A stretch of 62,850 nt of DNA, filler included, from Squatina squatina (Eukaryota): the NCBI GenBank assembly GCA_031763465.1. It is 4 parts of 4 records of this genome, joined end to end, with 100 filler letters (N's around TTAATTAATTAA, not from the genome) between each part and the next. Parts side by side here need not be neighbours in the genome. Positions count along the whole stretch, not along the records: positions 12,989 to 32,011 come from JARFOE010000004.1; positions 32,112 to 46,956 come from JARFOE010000079.1; 2 more parts are not named here. The stretch is one strand, 5' to 3'. Positions 25,554-37,163 of the stretch are shown here, one piece after another. The notes beneath the pieces are model-generated. The model did no database searches. It was not told the DNA's origin and saw only the letters and a list, made by a program, of their open reading frames with translations. Within the stretch, counting starts at the first letter, position 1. Every line of letters starts with the position of its first letter. Both the position numbers and the translations under genes were made by a program.

Positions 25554-26413
25554 TACATGTGTCCTCCTGTGCGCTTCTTCATTCTGTTCAACGGTGGACT
25601 GAAACACTTTTGAAATACAGAGCCAAATACAAATCATTAGGCTGCCTTAGCTTACAGACAGCACATGAATGTGAAAAATAACAGATCTCATCAAATCTTA
25701 CCTGGTTTCTTCCCTAGTGATGCACCAATAGGCCGGTCAATAAAACCAGCTACCTCCATTATTTCATTAGGTTGCATGTTTAAGGGGAACACCCCTGTTA
25801 TTCTCAAAACAAAATGAGGGTCATTCTGGCTAAAGAGCCAGGGTTGCCTCACAATGTATCAGTTTCAAGTAGACTATGTGCTGTGACATTCCACAAACTG
25901 ACTTGCCTGGCTTTAATACTCATTGTTTACAGCTCGTAGTTTTTTTTTTAAATCCTTTGTGAATTCATTTCAAAAAACATTTAAACACAGCTCGTTCCCA
26001 AATCTCATGACGGAAAAAAAAGATAAAAGTTCTTAAACATGATGTACTTTTATAAACTGCATTCAGAACGTTTGGCAGCAAGTAGAAGTGCCTTTGTAAT
26101 GCCCCAAATTCCAGTGTCTCCACTTCGACTACACCAGAATTCCACCCCAAGGAGGGGTGGAATTTTTGGGCTCTAGGTTTAATTGACTACTCTGGTCAAA
26201 ACAATAGAAGATTCCCATGATAATAGCTTTGCCTTTGGCTGCCTTTTCTCAAAATTGACAATAGTGCAAGTATGGATGCTAACCTAGTGCAAGGAAGTCT
26301 GATCTTGTTTTATTTTGCAAAATATCGTAACTAGAGGCTTCTGTCCTCTTCTGGCTGGACTGTTTTTTGATTAACAAACAAATAAGCATTACATTTTTAT
26401 TTTTTCCTTTTAG

Positions 26414-26689
26414 AAAGGTAAGAAGTGTCTGCAGACATTCCAACGTACCAAGTCTGAAAAATTTGCTCTCTCTGGCTGCACAAGTAGAAAAAGTTATAAA
26501 CCGACATACTGTGGTACATGCTCAGATTCCCGTTGCTGTGTTCCTAACCAAGAAAAAACTGTGAAAGTGGAATTTAACTGTACTGATGGAGGAATTACCA
26601 CGTGGAAGATGATGTGGATCACATCTTGTAAATGTCAACAGGCCTGTATTGACTCAGAGGACATGTTCTCAGATCTGAAACTACTGTAG
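26414..26689 (+). CDS. CCN6: CCN6/WISP3-like, terminal cystine-knot (CT) exon
   Basis: ttccttttag|KGKKCLQTFQRTKSEKFALSGCTSRKSYKPTYCGTCSDSRCCVPNQEKTVKVEFNCTDGGITTWKMMWITSCKCQQACIDSEDMFSDLKLL*. The end resembles human CCN6 GDIFSELKIL. This frame is absent from the ORF track. Confidence 0.93.
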   Translation, partial: KGKKCLQTFQRTKSEKFALSGCTSRKSYKPTYCGTCSDSRCCVPNQEKTVKVEFNCTDGGITTWKMMWITSCKCQQACIDSEDMFSDLKLL

Positions 26690-27064
26690 TCAATCACATA
26701 GTTTTTACCTTGACTGCTTGGTTCATGAGTGGCATTAGAGAACAAAAACAATTGTACATGTGAATTAGCTTATACCATTTCTATGTTTATGCAACTAAAC
26801 TATGCAGAGAAAAAAAAACCCACAATCTCCGAAAGCTCTACAGCAACAAAACATCTGGGGAGATACATCAAGAGCAGCATCTCCCACAAGACGGAATGCC
26901 TTCTTCATTGCACAGAGCCCTATTTTACTCTTATGCCCTGTAAAATGGGATTCATTTGTAAAGCATATGTGTATAATTAGTTTTTTGCATGAGTCTTTCT
27001 TTAAATTGAATTTCTGTTGAGCTCCTCTTCTGAGTCAGTATCAAAAAAAATCTACAGGTGCAAT

Positions 27065-27070
27065 AATAAA
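27065..27070 (+). promoter_or_regulatory. Candidate polyadenylation signal of the CCN6-like gene
   Basis: AATAAA about 375 nt after the stop codon. Confidence 0.4.
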
Positions 27071-27299
27071 GTCACTGCTTATGACCCTGCATAACTAGCT
27101 TCTTCCGAAAGAGGCTTCAAAAACAGATATTTGTAATGGCTGCAGAGCACTGAAGGGAAAATATTGAATGCATTGCTGCAATTAAGTTGCAAATACTATA
27201 TTCAAATATCCATTATTCTGCACATGTTGATACACAGATTTATTGTTCAGTGGACTAAATTTGTTCACAGCTAGTCAATATTTAACAGTTGTCAACCTT

Positions 27300-27720
27300 A
27301 TTCTTATCTGAGTCAAAAGGTTGTGGGTTTAAGTCCCACTCCAGAGAATTGGGCACATTACCTAGTCTGACACTTAAGTGCAGTACTGAGTGAGTGCTGC
27401 ACTGTCTTTCAGATGAGATGTTAAACCGAGACCCCGTCTGCCCTCTTAGGTCGATGTAAAAGATTGCACGGCACTGTTCAAAAAGCAGGGGAGTTCCCCC
27501 AGAGTCCTGGCTAACATTTATCCCTCAACCAACACCTAAAACAGATTATCTGGTCATTCATTCCACTGCTGTTTGTGGGAGCTTTCTGTGTGCAGATTGG
27601 CTGCCACATTTCCTTCAGTACATAACTCCAATTTTTAAAAAAGTATTTAATTGGCTGTAAAGCACTTTGAGACGTCCCGAGGTCGTAAAAAGCGATATAG
27701 AAATGCAACTCTTTATTTAT
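27300..27720 (+). mobile_element. SacSINE1/DeuSINE-like SINE, near full length
   Basis: B-box-like gggtttaagtccc, core gatgagatgttaaaccgagaccccgtctgcc and tail gcgatatagaaatgcaac. Homologous to 52971-53410. Confidence 0.8.
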
Positions 27721-27839
27721 AATAACACATAACTTGAAATGGATGACAGTCCATTAACACATCCAGCTCCCTGACTGAACTGGAGTTCTTTTCTTGGTGG
27801 CTGCAATTAGTTCTATGTTTGCACCAACTTGGTGGCTCA

Positions 27840-28165
27840 TAGAATCATAGAATGGTTACAGCACGGAAGGCCAGCTCTCTGAAAGAGCACTTCTGCTAGT
27901 CCCACTCCCCGCCCTTACCCCGTAGCCCTGCAATTTGTTTTTTTCCTTTCAGGTACTTATCCAATTTCCTTTTGAAAGCCACGATTGAGTCTGCCTCCAC
28001 CATGCTTTCAGGCAGTGCATTCCAGATCCTAACCACTCGTTGCGTAAAAAATGTTTTTCCTCATGTCGCCTTTGGTTCTTCTGCCAATCACCTTAAATCT
28101 GCATCCTCTGCTTCTCAACCCTTCCACCAATGGGAACAGTTTCTCTCTATCTACTCTGTCTAGAT
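27840..28165 (-). mobile_element. CR1 LINE 3' fragment
   Basis: catagaatcatagaatggttacagcacggaagg...gagtctgcctccacc...ttccagatcctaaccactcg, the CR1 ORF2 end plus tail. Confidence 0.8.
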
Positions 28166-28899
28166 ATTAAAGTTATAACAGCTGTCGCTCTCAGTCTGAC
28201 ACATCAGCACTTTACACCACCACTTTACTACGTTGGTTAACTTTATTCTGTTATTTGCATTTTTGCACCCTGGTCTCCTTTCAATTGCTCCCAATCCCAG
28301 ACCTCAATATCTTCCGCCCATCCTTCCCAAGTGCTCCCATCCTCAGTCATTCTTAAGTCCTCCTAGATCCTAGCAGCTTCCAAAGAGAAAATAAACAAAC
28401 AGCAGTTACTTTCATTGCTTCTAAAAATGGTTTCCATGGCTGCTCGCCAACATTACAACAATAACTACACTTCAAAAGTACTTTATTAGCTGTAAAGTGC
28501 TTTGGGGCATCCCAAGGTCATGAAAGGTGTAATATAATTAGAAGTTCTTTCTGTTCGTGCATCTCTATAATTGGTGCGCGTACAAACAGCAAGTCCTGGC
28601 ATGTTCTGTGAATGGAAGGTTTTGTTTTCAATCCATAGCCAATTTGGGGATTTTTACTCTGCTACTTTTTTTTAGTCTCTTCATAAAACTGACAATGCTA
28701 ACCCAAGATTTCACGGAGGCAGAATTCAACAGAAAACCTAGTCAAATACATTTCACACACAAAAAAATGCTACAATATAAATTAAATGTATTAATTTTCT
28801 TGTAATTTTTTGTAATTTTTATATCTTTGTAATAATAGACTTTATTTGTAGTACAAGATTTCTCAGCAGTGACAATCCAAGAGGCTAAATTTTATTGTG

Positions 28900-29735
28900 T
28901 GCTTTCTTGTATTTACTGTCAAACTGGGTTCCACCACCACAGAATTACATCTAGTCTGCTCTACCATCAAGTGTGCGAAACACGCCTTCATTTCTCAAAA
29001 TAAACTTTCAGGCAATTTTTCAGCTGCAGGCAACAATACAACAGCAAATGTAACCCTCCAGTTTTGATAGAAATTCAGGATGGCTGCAAGTGCAAGAATA
29101 TAACTAACATTATTGCAAAGCAGATAACTGCAGATCCAGTAACACAGTAAGCGATAGAGGGCTAAGAAATGTTATTCCAATAGCATCTTCTAATCAGGCA
29201 TATACTTTGCCTTCCAGAGGAACCATCACAAATAGACAATTTATAGAACAACGAAACAACAAAATCGGTTCCACAAAGAACATACCACTTGTTGCTTTGC
29301 CCGGTGATTACGAGACATCCATGAGCAATGCAGCTAACGGAATCAAAGAACGCCTGATTGAGGCTGTGTGGACTCCAGTCTTTTGCACTAACAGTAAAGC
29401 ATAGGAAAGAGAGATACTCTGCGGAACCATGTGCAGACCATTTTAGACGTTGTGAAAGAATAGGATAGTCAAGGGAAGGTACCAACAATGCACATGATAT
29501 AATCTTTAGTCTATTGCAACACATTGCTTAGTCTACAGCAATCAAACACTTAATGATGCTGGTTTCCAAAATTTACTGGCAAAATGTAGAAACCTCGTTT
29601 CAAACATAGCCCAGTTAATAGTCCAGATCTAGAAATACATCAATCCGCAGATGAACAGAAACAAGAATCTCTTATATGACATGTTGCAACTAGATGGAAC
29701 TCACATTGCAGATAATTCATTGACTGCTTAGAAAT
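28900..29735 (+). mobile_element. Fossil hAT (Ac-like) transposase with BED finger, frameshifted
   Basis: Collinear motifs across frames: CIYCQTGFHHHRITSSLLYH (BED), ITNIIAKQITAD, DRGLRNVIPIASSNQAYTLPSRGTITNR, VALPGDYETSMSN (cf. ALTxDxWTS), LLAKCRNL..FKHSP, SLI*HVATRWNS. Confidence 0.85.
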
Positions 29736-30105
29736 TGATTGGGGCACCCAATTAGATTGCCCTGAGTTTGTGGCACTAAGGGATAAATTGGGGAGCACTA
29801 AGTTCAGGTCTTTGAAATTTCACTTTAAGGCCTGCAATTTGAAACTTTGAAAAAAATCTCTCAGACAGCTGTAAAAAATGTGCTAATTTCAGTGCTAAAG
29901 GGCCCATACTTAACGCTGATTATCTTAGTTTATTTCACCATTCGAATTGCTCAATAGGACTAACTGGTTCCAATCAACTCTCATTACATCAATACTTAAG
30001 GGGGGCCTTTCCCACACACAACCACTGCCTAGGTCATTTGTGGTGGAGGAGGTGAGAAAAGTAATAGTTCCAACAGTTCTGAACAGAGGTAGACCTGGCA
30101 CAGAG

Positions 30106-30254
30106 AGATGGAGCCAGAGTCAGGGCACCCCGCTTCATGGAGGAAGCCCTTGGGGCACTCGTTGACCCAATTGACAGGAGGGCTGCAAACCTCTTTCCTG
30201 TGGCTGGAAGAAGGGGGACTGGTAAGATGATAAGGAGAGTCTGGAGGGACATAG
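30106..30254 (+). mobile_element. PIF/Harbinger Myb/SANT-like protein fragment
   Basis: ARVRAPRFMEEALGALVDPIDRRAANLFPVAGRR...IRRVWRDI matches the RAPRFxxxxLxxLV...AWxxIA pattern. Truncated by a gap. Confidence 0.65.
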
Positions 30255-31754
30255 NNNNNNNNNNNNNNNNNNNNNNNNNNNNNNNNNNNNNNNNNNNNNN
30301 NNNNNNNNNNNNNNNNNNNNNNNNNNNNNNNNNNNNNNNNNNNNNNNNNNNNNNAAATACTTGTTCCTATTATTTTCTTGTATTGTTATGCATACAATCT
30401 TATGCTGGAGAGGAGAAAAGCTGCAAAGGAAGATAGGAAACCAGTCCTGCTTCGGCAAACTAAAAGTCCTCCAGGTATAGCTGCCAAAGTTGCACTTTTG
30501 AAGAATACTAGCAGAACTATTCTTTATAAAACTTGAAGTTGGCCTGAAAACCAGATTCTCCTGCCAAAATTGTAAAGCCATTCCCAGGGCCCATTTTTCA
30601 TTCAATCTTCTGATCAGCTTTAGCTTCTCTTCATAAAATGTTTGACTCCACAAACTTAGAAAAAAATCTATCTAAAAATGGCACCTCTGGCATATAACAT
30701 ACACATTATATTTTTGAAGCGTCATAATTTATTTTTCAAATATTACCTATGGCTTTGTGTGTGCTCTAGTAGAAAGTACAAATTTAATTTAAAATATAGT
30801 ATAACAGCTCTGAAAATATGAAAGAATATGTTTCCTTTCAATGAATATAATTCCTAATCTAGTATCAAATCCTGCCTTAATTTTAATAATTGTTAGCTAC
30901 TCAAAAAAAATGTAAGTGATTTTACTGAAAATGCTTTTTTTTTTAAAAAGTATGAAGCTTATAAATGAATGACAGCTATGCTAATTTAACATAAATGAAC
31001 AGCAAAAAATGTGGTCTAGCACGTGCACATGCTTCCTTCAAACCTCTCAATGTTTCTTCTAAGATCAGAAATCTGAACATTTCCCCGGACCATCAGCGCA
31101 CAGGCACGGTACAGGTTACGTTTTGGGTCTGCATGCATCAATTGGTGATCCTTACTACAAGCATCGGTGAACATCTGATCCAATCTGTTTAAATGAAGAA
31201 ATGAACAATAAGCGGCTGGGATGCTTTGCTATATGTAGTACATGTCAAATCCAATAAATACATCTTCCTCAAATTATAAGTTGTGTTAAACCTGCTGGAC
31301 TGGGTTAAAATCAGCAGCAACATACAGCACCACAGCATCAGTACTGTTAGTTCAACCCAGCTATTGTGCAATGGCAAGAAAAAGTACATTATTAAACTAT
31401 AGATACAGAATTTCCTTTTTAAAAATTTTAATACGTTTTATCGTGAATCTGTATTCTAAAAGCCTATCTTTTCTAGTCTCCTCCCAGCTCTAAGTGCTTG
31501 TATCTCTTGATGGCCACCATTCTTTTGGATCAATATCTGGGCTCTACGAACTAACTCCTTGTAGAAAAAAACTTTGGGAGGACTTTCAGAGATGTTTGGC
31601 TCCTTATAATACAGAGATCTTCTATCTGGTCATCCTATGAAGAGGGACCATGAATGGTGGCCCTCTCTGATGATTCAGCACTACAAGAGTGGTACTGAAT
31701 CACAGGTTTGAATGCTCGTCTGTGCTGAATTAGCTGATGTAAGCTTTTTCTTTG

Positions 31755-31990
31755 ATTCGTTCATGGGATGTGGGCGTCAATGGAAAGGGTAGCATTTATT
31801 GCCCATTCCTGATTGCTCTTGAGCAGGTGGCAGTGAGCCTCCTTCTTGAACCGCTGCAGTCCATATGCTGACAGCACTCCCACAGCGCTGTTTGGGAGGG
31901 AGTTCCAAGATTTTGATGCTGTTGTAATGAAGGCACAGCGATACATTTCCAAATCAGGATGGTGTGTGACTTAGAAGGGAACTTTTTCAT
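31755..31990 (-). mobile_element. CR1-group LINE 3' end
   Basis: Minus strand SKSWNSLPNSAVG...GLQRFKKEAHCHLLK is a LINE ORF2 C-terminus (WNxLP motif). Confidence 0.7.
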
Positions 31991-32011
31991 GGTACATTTT
32001 CACTTGAATGT

Positions 32012-32111
32012 NNNNNNNNNNNNNNNNNNNNNNNNNNNNNNNNNNNNNNNNNNNNTTAATTAATTAANNNNNNNNNNNNNNNNNNNNNNNNNNNNNNNNN
32101 NNNNNNNNNNN
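32012..32111. other. Artificial scaffold linker N44-TTAATTAATTAA-N44
   Basis: 12-mer at 32056-32067. Confidence 0.95.
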
Positions 32112-32897
32112 CGCTTAACCTCCTACATTCCAGGGACACAAACCTAGTTTGTGTAATCTCTCCTCGTAAATTAACCCTCGGAGTCCAAATTGTGCTCAAT
32201 TGAAGGGCAGTTTTGTGCTGTGACTGTGGCCCAAACTCATCTCACTAGATCCTTTAGACCAGAGGGTGGAGAGATCCATCCTGTCAATCAAGGCTGCATT
32301 CAAACCAAAGATTTTTCTCTGGAAAAAGTAGCTCGAATTAATGTCAGGAGTTAACGCATGATAGCATGAAGTGCCTGGCTTGAGATTCAACCTTTTGTTA
32401 GTAGAAGCAAGATGGAGGCGATCTAAGAATTAATTCAGTTGGGAACACTTGCTGCAGTCAGAGAGCACTTGAATTATCTTTCAAAGAAAAAAAGTTCTCT
32501 TTCTCGTCTAAGTTGAGAAATTTGGTTCCAGTTGTATTCTGCCCTCTCCAGAGAGCCCTCAACTAATTTCTCCTCGGACGTTTAACCAGTCTCTCTAGAA
32601 GTACTTTACATTCAATCCATGATACTCCAATTGCATGTACTGGAGAGGGGTGTTGCAATAGAGCAGATTTAACTAAAACACAAATGTATCCGCACAAACC
32701 AGGAAAGGAAGAAACGAGAAGGAGTTCAGGTGGTGTTCACATTCAAACTGCTTCTGCAAGCAGAAAAGACAACCTGAATTACAAGGAAACAAACTCTCTA
32801 ACAAGGGCAGCAAACCCAACAATGGTAATACGCTTGTCCAGTGAAAAATGGTCTCACCTTTTGTTGAATATTTAAAACAAATAAAATAGAGTCTTAC

Positions 32898-33039
32898 CTC
32901 ATATTGCTGGAGACCTGCGGTGTGACTAGAACCACCAGCCGTCTGGAGGTTCCGTGAAGCCTCAGAGATTGGCAGAGTACCAGAGCACCCTTGCAGTAAA
33001 GATCATTGGTAGCCAGAGTCACAAATGCCTGGTCTGTCA
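32898..33039 (-). CDS. GYG2: Glycogenin-2 N-terminal coding exon
   Basis: ctctctattctagtag|TG ACA GAC...ATG AG|gtaaga encodes (V)[46 protein letters not shown](R). ATNDxYC and the extra N-terminal VT fit GYG2 rather than GYG1. Not in the ORF track. Confidence 0.9.
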
Positions 33040-34204
33040 CTACTAGAATAGAGAGAAAGAGGAAATTTCATAGAATTTTTTTAAAATGCCAAATGATTTT
33101 GTAGAGTCAATAGAAAAAGATTTTTTCTTTGATTGTGGAGCCACTGGAAAGAGACCATCAATTTAAAATTGCTGTAAGAGAACAAAGTGCTGGTTGGGAG
33201 CAAGAAATACTTTGTCATAGGAAGCAGTTCAGGAAGAGATTACTGCGTTTTTTTTTTTTAAAAAGGAAAACCGATTAGATATTCCAAACAGAGGAGACAC
33301 AAGAATATGGGGAGGTTACAGGGCAGTGGCAATACTTTTGGATTGCTGTAACAAAGATAGCATAGACACACTAGGCTGGAAGTCTCAATCTGTGCTGTAA
33401 ACTTCTATCGTTATTGAGATCATATTAGGTATAGGTAGTCCTCAAGTTTACTCCNNNNNNNNNNNNNNNNNNNNNNNNNNNNNNNNNNNNNNNNNNNNNN
33501 NNNNNNNNNNNNNNNNNNNNNNNNNNNNNNNNNNNNNNNNNNNNNNNNNNNNNNTTTTTTAAACAGACCTCTCCCTTTAAACAAATACCTATTCAAGGCA
33601 CCGCCAATGTTAAAACCCGATGTTTTCGAATGACACTAGCATTCGTGACCAAACAAATCCCCTTCCATCAGGCGAGAGGGTAGTGTGCTAGTTATAGTTT
33701 AAATCTAAGCAGCTGATGTCAGAACATTCTATCACTATGGTAATTAAAGAGAAAAGACATTCCAATGAAGGGTCAAGGGCGAATGTGCAACAGCAGCTCA
33801 AAAGATTTGAAAAATGTCGTGCAGTGATATTTCAACACTTTGGTCAATCCCCCAAGTTGAAGAAGAGATATTTGGGGGGGTTCTTTGCAATGTGTGAAAG
33901 AATTTTTTATGTATAATGGTGGATTGCCTCTGAGGTAAACATGTCAGTTGGATGCAGTTTAAAATTAAACAGGGTGAAAAGAAAGAATGGTCACACATTC
34001 AGTGACTGAAAGGGAGATGATTGTGATGTCAGATAACACTTGCCAGAATTATGATGACACAAATCCACGTGGAAATGAGAACAATTCACATTTTGTGCGA
34101 GCTGGAGATTAGAATTGCAATACCTCATCGTCAAATTGGAATCACAATAGACAAGTCATTGTCTATGGAAGCTCACTGCAAAATGCAAATCGAGATTTCT
34201 AAAC

Positions 34205-34410
34205 GAGACTTGCATTTATAGAGCACCTTTTACGACCTCGGGACATCCCAACGTGCTTAACAGCCACTAAGTATCCTTGAAGTGTAGTTGTAGTGTAAAA
34301 AACAGGGCAACTAATCTGCACACATCAAGTTCCCACAAACAACAATTGGATAATGACCAGATAATTAATGATATTGTTTGGGGATAAGTATTGGCCAGGC
34401 TACTAGGGAG
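34205..34410 (-). mobile_element. SacSINE1-like SINE 3' half
   Basis: gacttgcatttatagagcaccttttacgacctcgggacatccc...ataatgaccagataa. Confidence 0.7.
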
Positions 34411-34411
34411 A

Positions 34412-34498
34412 ACTAAAAACAGAAAATGCTGGAAATGCTCAGCAGGTCAGGCAGCAGCTGTGGAGAGAGAAACAGATTTGACGATTCAGGTCGGTGAC
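34412..34498 (+). mobile_element. Penelope-like terminal repeat fragment; relatives at ~36090-36237, ~42280-42359 and a hairpin copy at ~56045-56190
   Basis: aaaacagaaaatgctggaaatgctcagcaggtcaggcagc...gtggagagagaaacaga recurs several times in the window. The family assignment is from recall. Confidence 0.5.
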
Positions 34499-34598
34499 NN
34501 NNNNNNNNNNNNNNNNNNNNNNNNNNNNNNNNNNNNNNNNNNNNNNNNNNNNNNNNNNNNNNNNNNNNNNNNNNNNNNNNNNNNNNNNNNNNNNNNNN

Positions 34599-34778
34599 CA
34601 GATTATCTGGTCATTATCACATTGCTGTTTGTGGGAGCTTGCTGTGCGCAAATTGGCTGCCACATTTCCTACATTACAACAGTGAATACACTTCAAAAAA
34701 TACTTCATTGGCTGTAAAATGCATTGAGATGTCTGGTGGCTGTGAAAGATGCTATAGAAATGCAAGTCCTTCCTTTTT
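34599..34778 (+). mobile_element. SacSINE1-like SINE 3' half
   Basis: cagattatctggtcattatcacattgctgtttgtgggagcttgctgtgcgcaaattggctgcc...gctatagaaatgcaag. Confidence 0.8.
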
Positions 34779-34859
34779 AAACTAAGTTCAACTTGAACAT
34801 GACAGTAATCCAAATGAATTAAATAAGTGTGAGCTGAAATGGAGAAAAGGTGGACTGGA

Positions 34860-35215
34860 GTGACGTGGTGGATTTGTACACTGACTTTTTATCTCTAGGA
34901 TCTTGGTTCTTATCTAGTCCTGGGTTCTGATGCTATGAAAGTGGCACTGTTTACGGTAAGGCTCTTAGGTGAAACAATTTAAGAAAGTTCTGAGGCCAAT
35001 TCTTAATGGGAGTGGATTTGCAGTATAAAATCAGTGCTCCCACTCAGAGACCACAGGATGACAGGTTTGGGAAATAGGAAAATGGCGCACTGGTTCAGTT
35101 AGACAGTGGCCTTTTGAGGTATGAGATGAGGCATGTTGTAAGGGTAGAATAGAAGAAGCTTTACTTGCATCTAAATGTGTTGTACTGATCTGGGAGTATT
35201 TATATTACCACTGGA
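34860..35215 (+). mobile_element. Degraded SINE resembling LF-SINE
   Basis: ctttttatctctaggatcttggttcttatctagtcc...gaaagt...ttaggtgaaac...gccaattcttaatggg follows the motif order of the recalled LF-SINE consensus. Confidence 0.35.
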
Positions 35216-37163
35216 TATCTGAAGTGATGGGAGTCTGTTAGAATCTATGTCAACCAGCAATGAGGTGGCTGATTGGATGGTGTGTGATATAGTTGGTATA
35301 GTGTTGAATAAGTGAAGAAGAAAAGTGTTCAAGGATAATTTTTGGCGAATTCTTGTACTTATTAAGATAAAGAAGGAAGAAAGAATTTGCATTTAGTTAG
35401 GACTTTATCACATCCCCAGGAAATGCGGAAGTGCTTGACTGTCAATGAATTATGTTTGAAATGCATTCACTGTCATGTAAGGAAACACAGCAGCAAGATC
35501 TCGCAACCAACACATTAGATAAATAATGGGTTAATCTGTTCTTAATGGTGTTAGTTAAGGAAACAATGTTGACTAGGACACCGGGAGGGAACTCCTTGCT
35601 AATCTTCTAATAGAGCCATGGGATCTTTGTATCCACCTTAACAGATGGAACCTTGCTTTAATGTCACATCCAAAACTGCCCCAGACAGATTTCACTTAAA
35701 GCTGTTGCAATCATCGGACAGCGAAGGTTTTCATCTGATCAGTCTAGGTTCATACCCAGCTGCTAGAGGTGAAAGGACAGTATTCTAAATAATTCCACCT
35801 TCCCCCACTCCCCGTCACCTCTCCCACACCAGTCCCTTGAGAGAGAGAAATGTTTGATTGCAGATTTGGAAATCAAGAAGGGCATTTGATGAACATGATT
35901 GGTGAAGAGCCCTTTGAACAAAGGTTTTCATTTGCATCCCATAAAATGGAATTATCTCTGTAGCATGTCATCACTATAACTCACAGAAAAGTGAGAAATG
36001 AAACAGATGACACACTCATTATAGCAGGAGGACCTTTCGTGGCCAAGCTACAATAGCCGTCATCATTCAAGGTTTATATTACCAATAATATAAACAAAAA
36101 ATGCTACAAAAACTCAGCAAGTCAGGCAGTATCTGTGGAGAGGAAAACAGAGTTATCTTTTCGGGTCGGTGACCCTTCGTCAGAACTGAAAATAGCCAGA
36201 AATGCAGGAGGTTTTCAAGCACCTACAGGGGCCGGGANNNNNNNNNNNNNNNNNNNNNNNNNNNNNNNNNNNNNNNNNNNNNNNNNNNNNNNNNNNNNNN
36301 NNNNNNNNNNNNNNNNNNNNNNNNNNNNNNNNNNNNNGATCATTGAATGTCGAGGGCGGTATTTAGACTCTCTCTTGTTGTAGATAGTCATTGCCTGGCA
36401 CTTGTGTGATGCTCTGCTTGAACTATCCCAAATAGTAACTGCTCCAGTGCAAAGCAAGTATTGGAGGAGTGGGCTAATAAAATCTTTTTTTCTCTCCAGA
36501 ATTTCACCTTTCTTTTGAAGACATTGTTCATATTAGGGTCAATGGCCACTACCCCTTCTCTTGATTCCAAGTGGCTGCTCCTCTTGCATGAGCCTAGACT
36601 GAGAACATCAGGCTTTTCACCCACAATCGGTCTTTTCTGCCTGTCGAGCAGGTGTTAAATTTTCAACAGAAATGCTGCTACTTCTTGAGTAGTTATTGGG
36701 ACAGCAAGGCATTATTTTCACTTTGCAACTGCAAAGGCTTTGAGCGCGACGATCTTCAGTGACAGTCTTGGCATCTCACGACTGGCAAGGATAATAGCTG
36801 TTAGTGTGTAAACAGTGTGCAACCCTGCCCATATAAAAAACATTTCAGGTTTTGCACTGTATCTCTGTCTTAATGCATCAGTCGGCATGCTTGCCCAACA
36901 AAGCCAATTTGCTTGTCAACTCGTCAGCTCATGAGTCATCGTTTTGAGTTGTCCTACCTTCGCGCTTTGCAGTGTTGTCGTTTCTTTGTACTTAGGAATT
37001 GATCAGGTAGGTTATTGATGTTGAACCACAGTCTATAAATCATTGAAATAGTGTGTCTTCTTCAAAAAAAGAAACTTGAATGTGATATCGTCTCTTCTCT
37101 TTGGTTGGCAGGTTGACGTTAAGTGAATGACAGCCCCATGTGTGGAATTGCAACCGAGGAGCC

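Noticed and set aside
27300-27345. tRNA-like B-box sequences (also ~24972-25035 and ~53375-53410)
   Set aside because: These are SINE heads, not complete tRNA genes.
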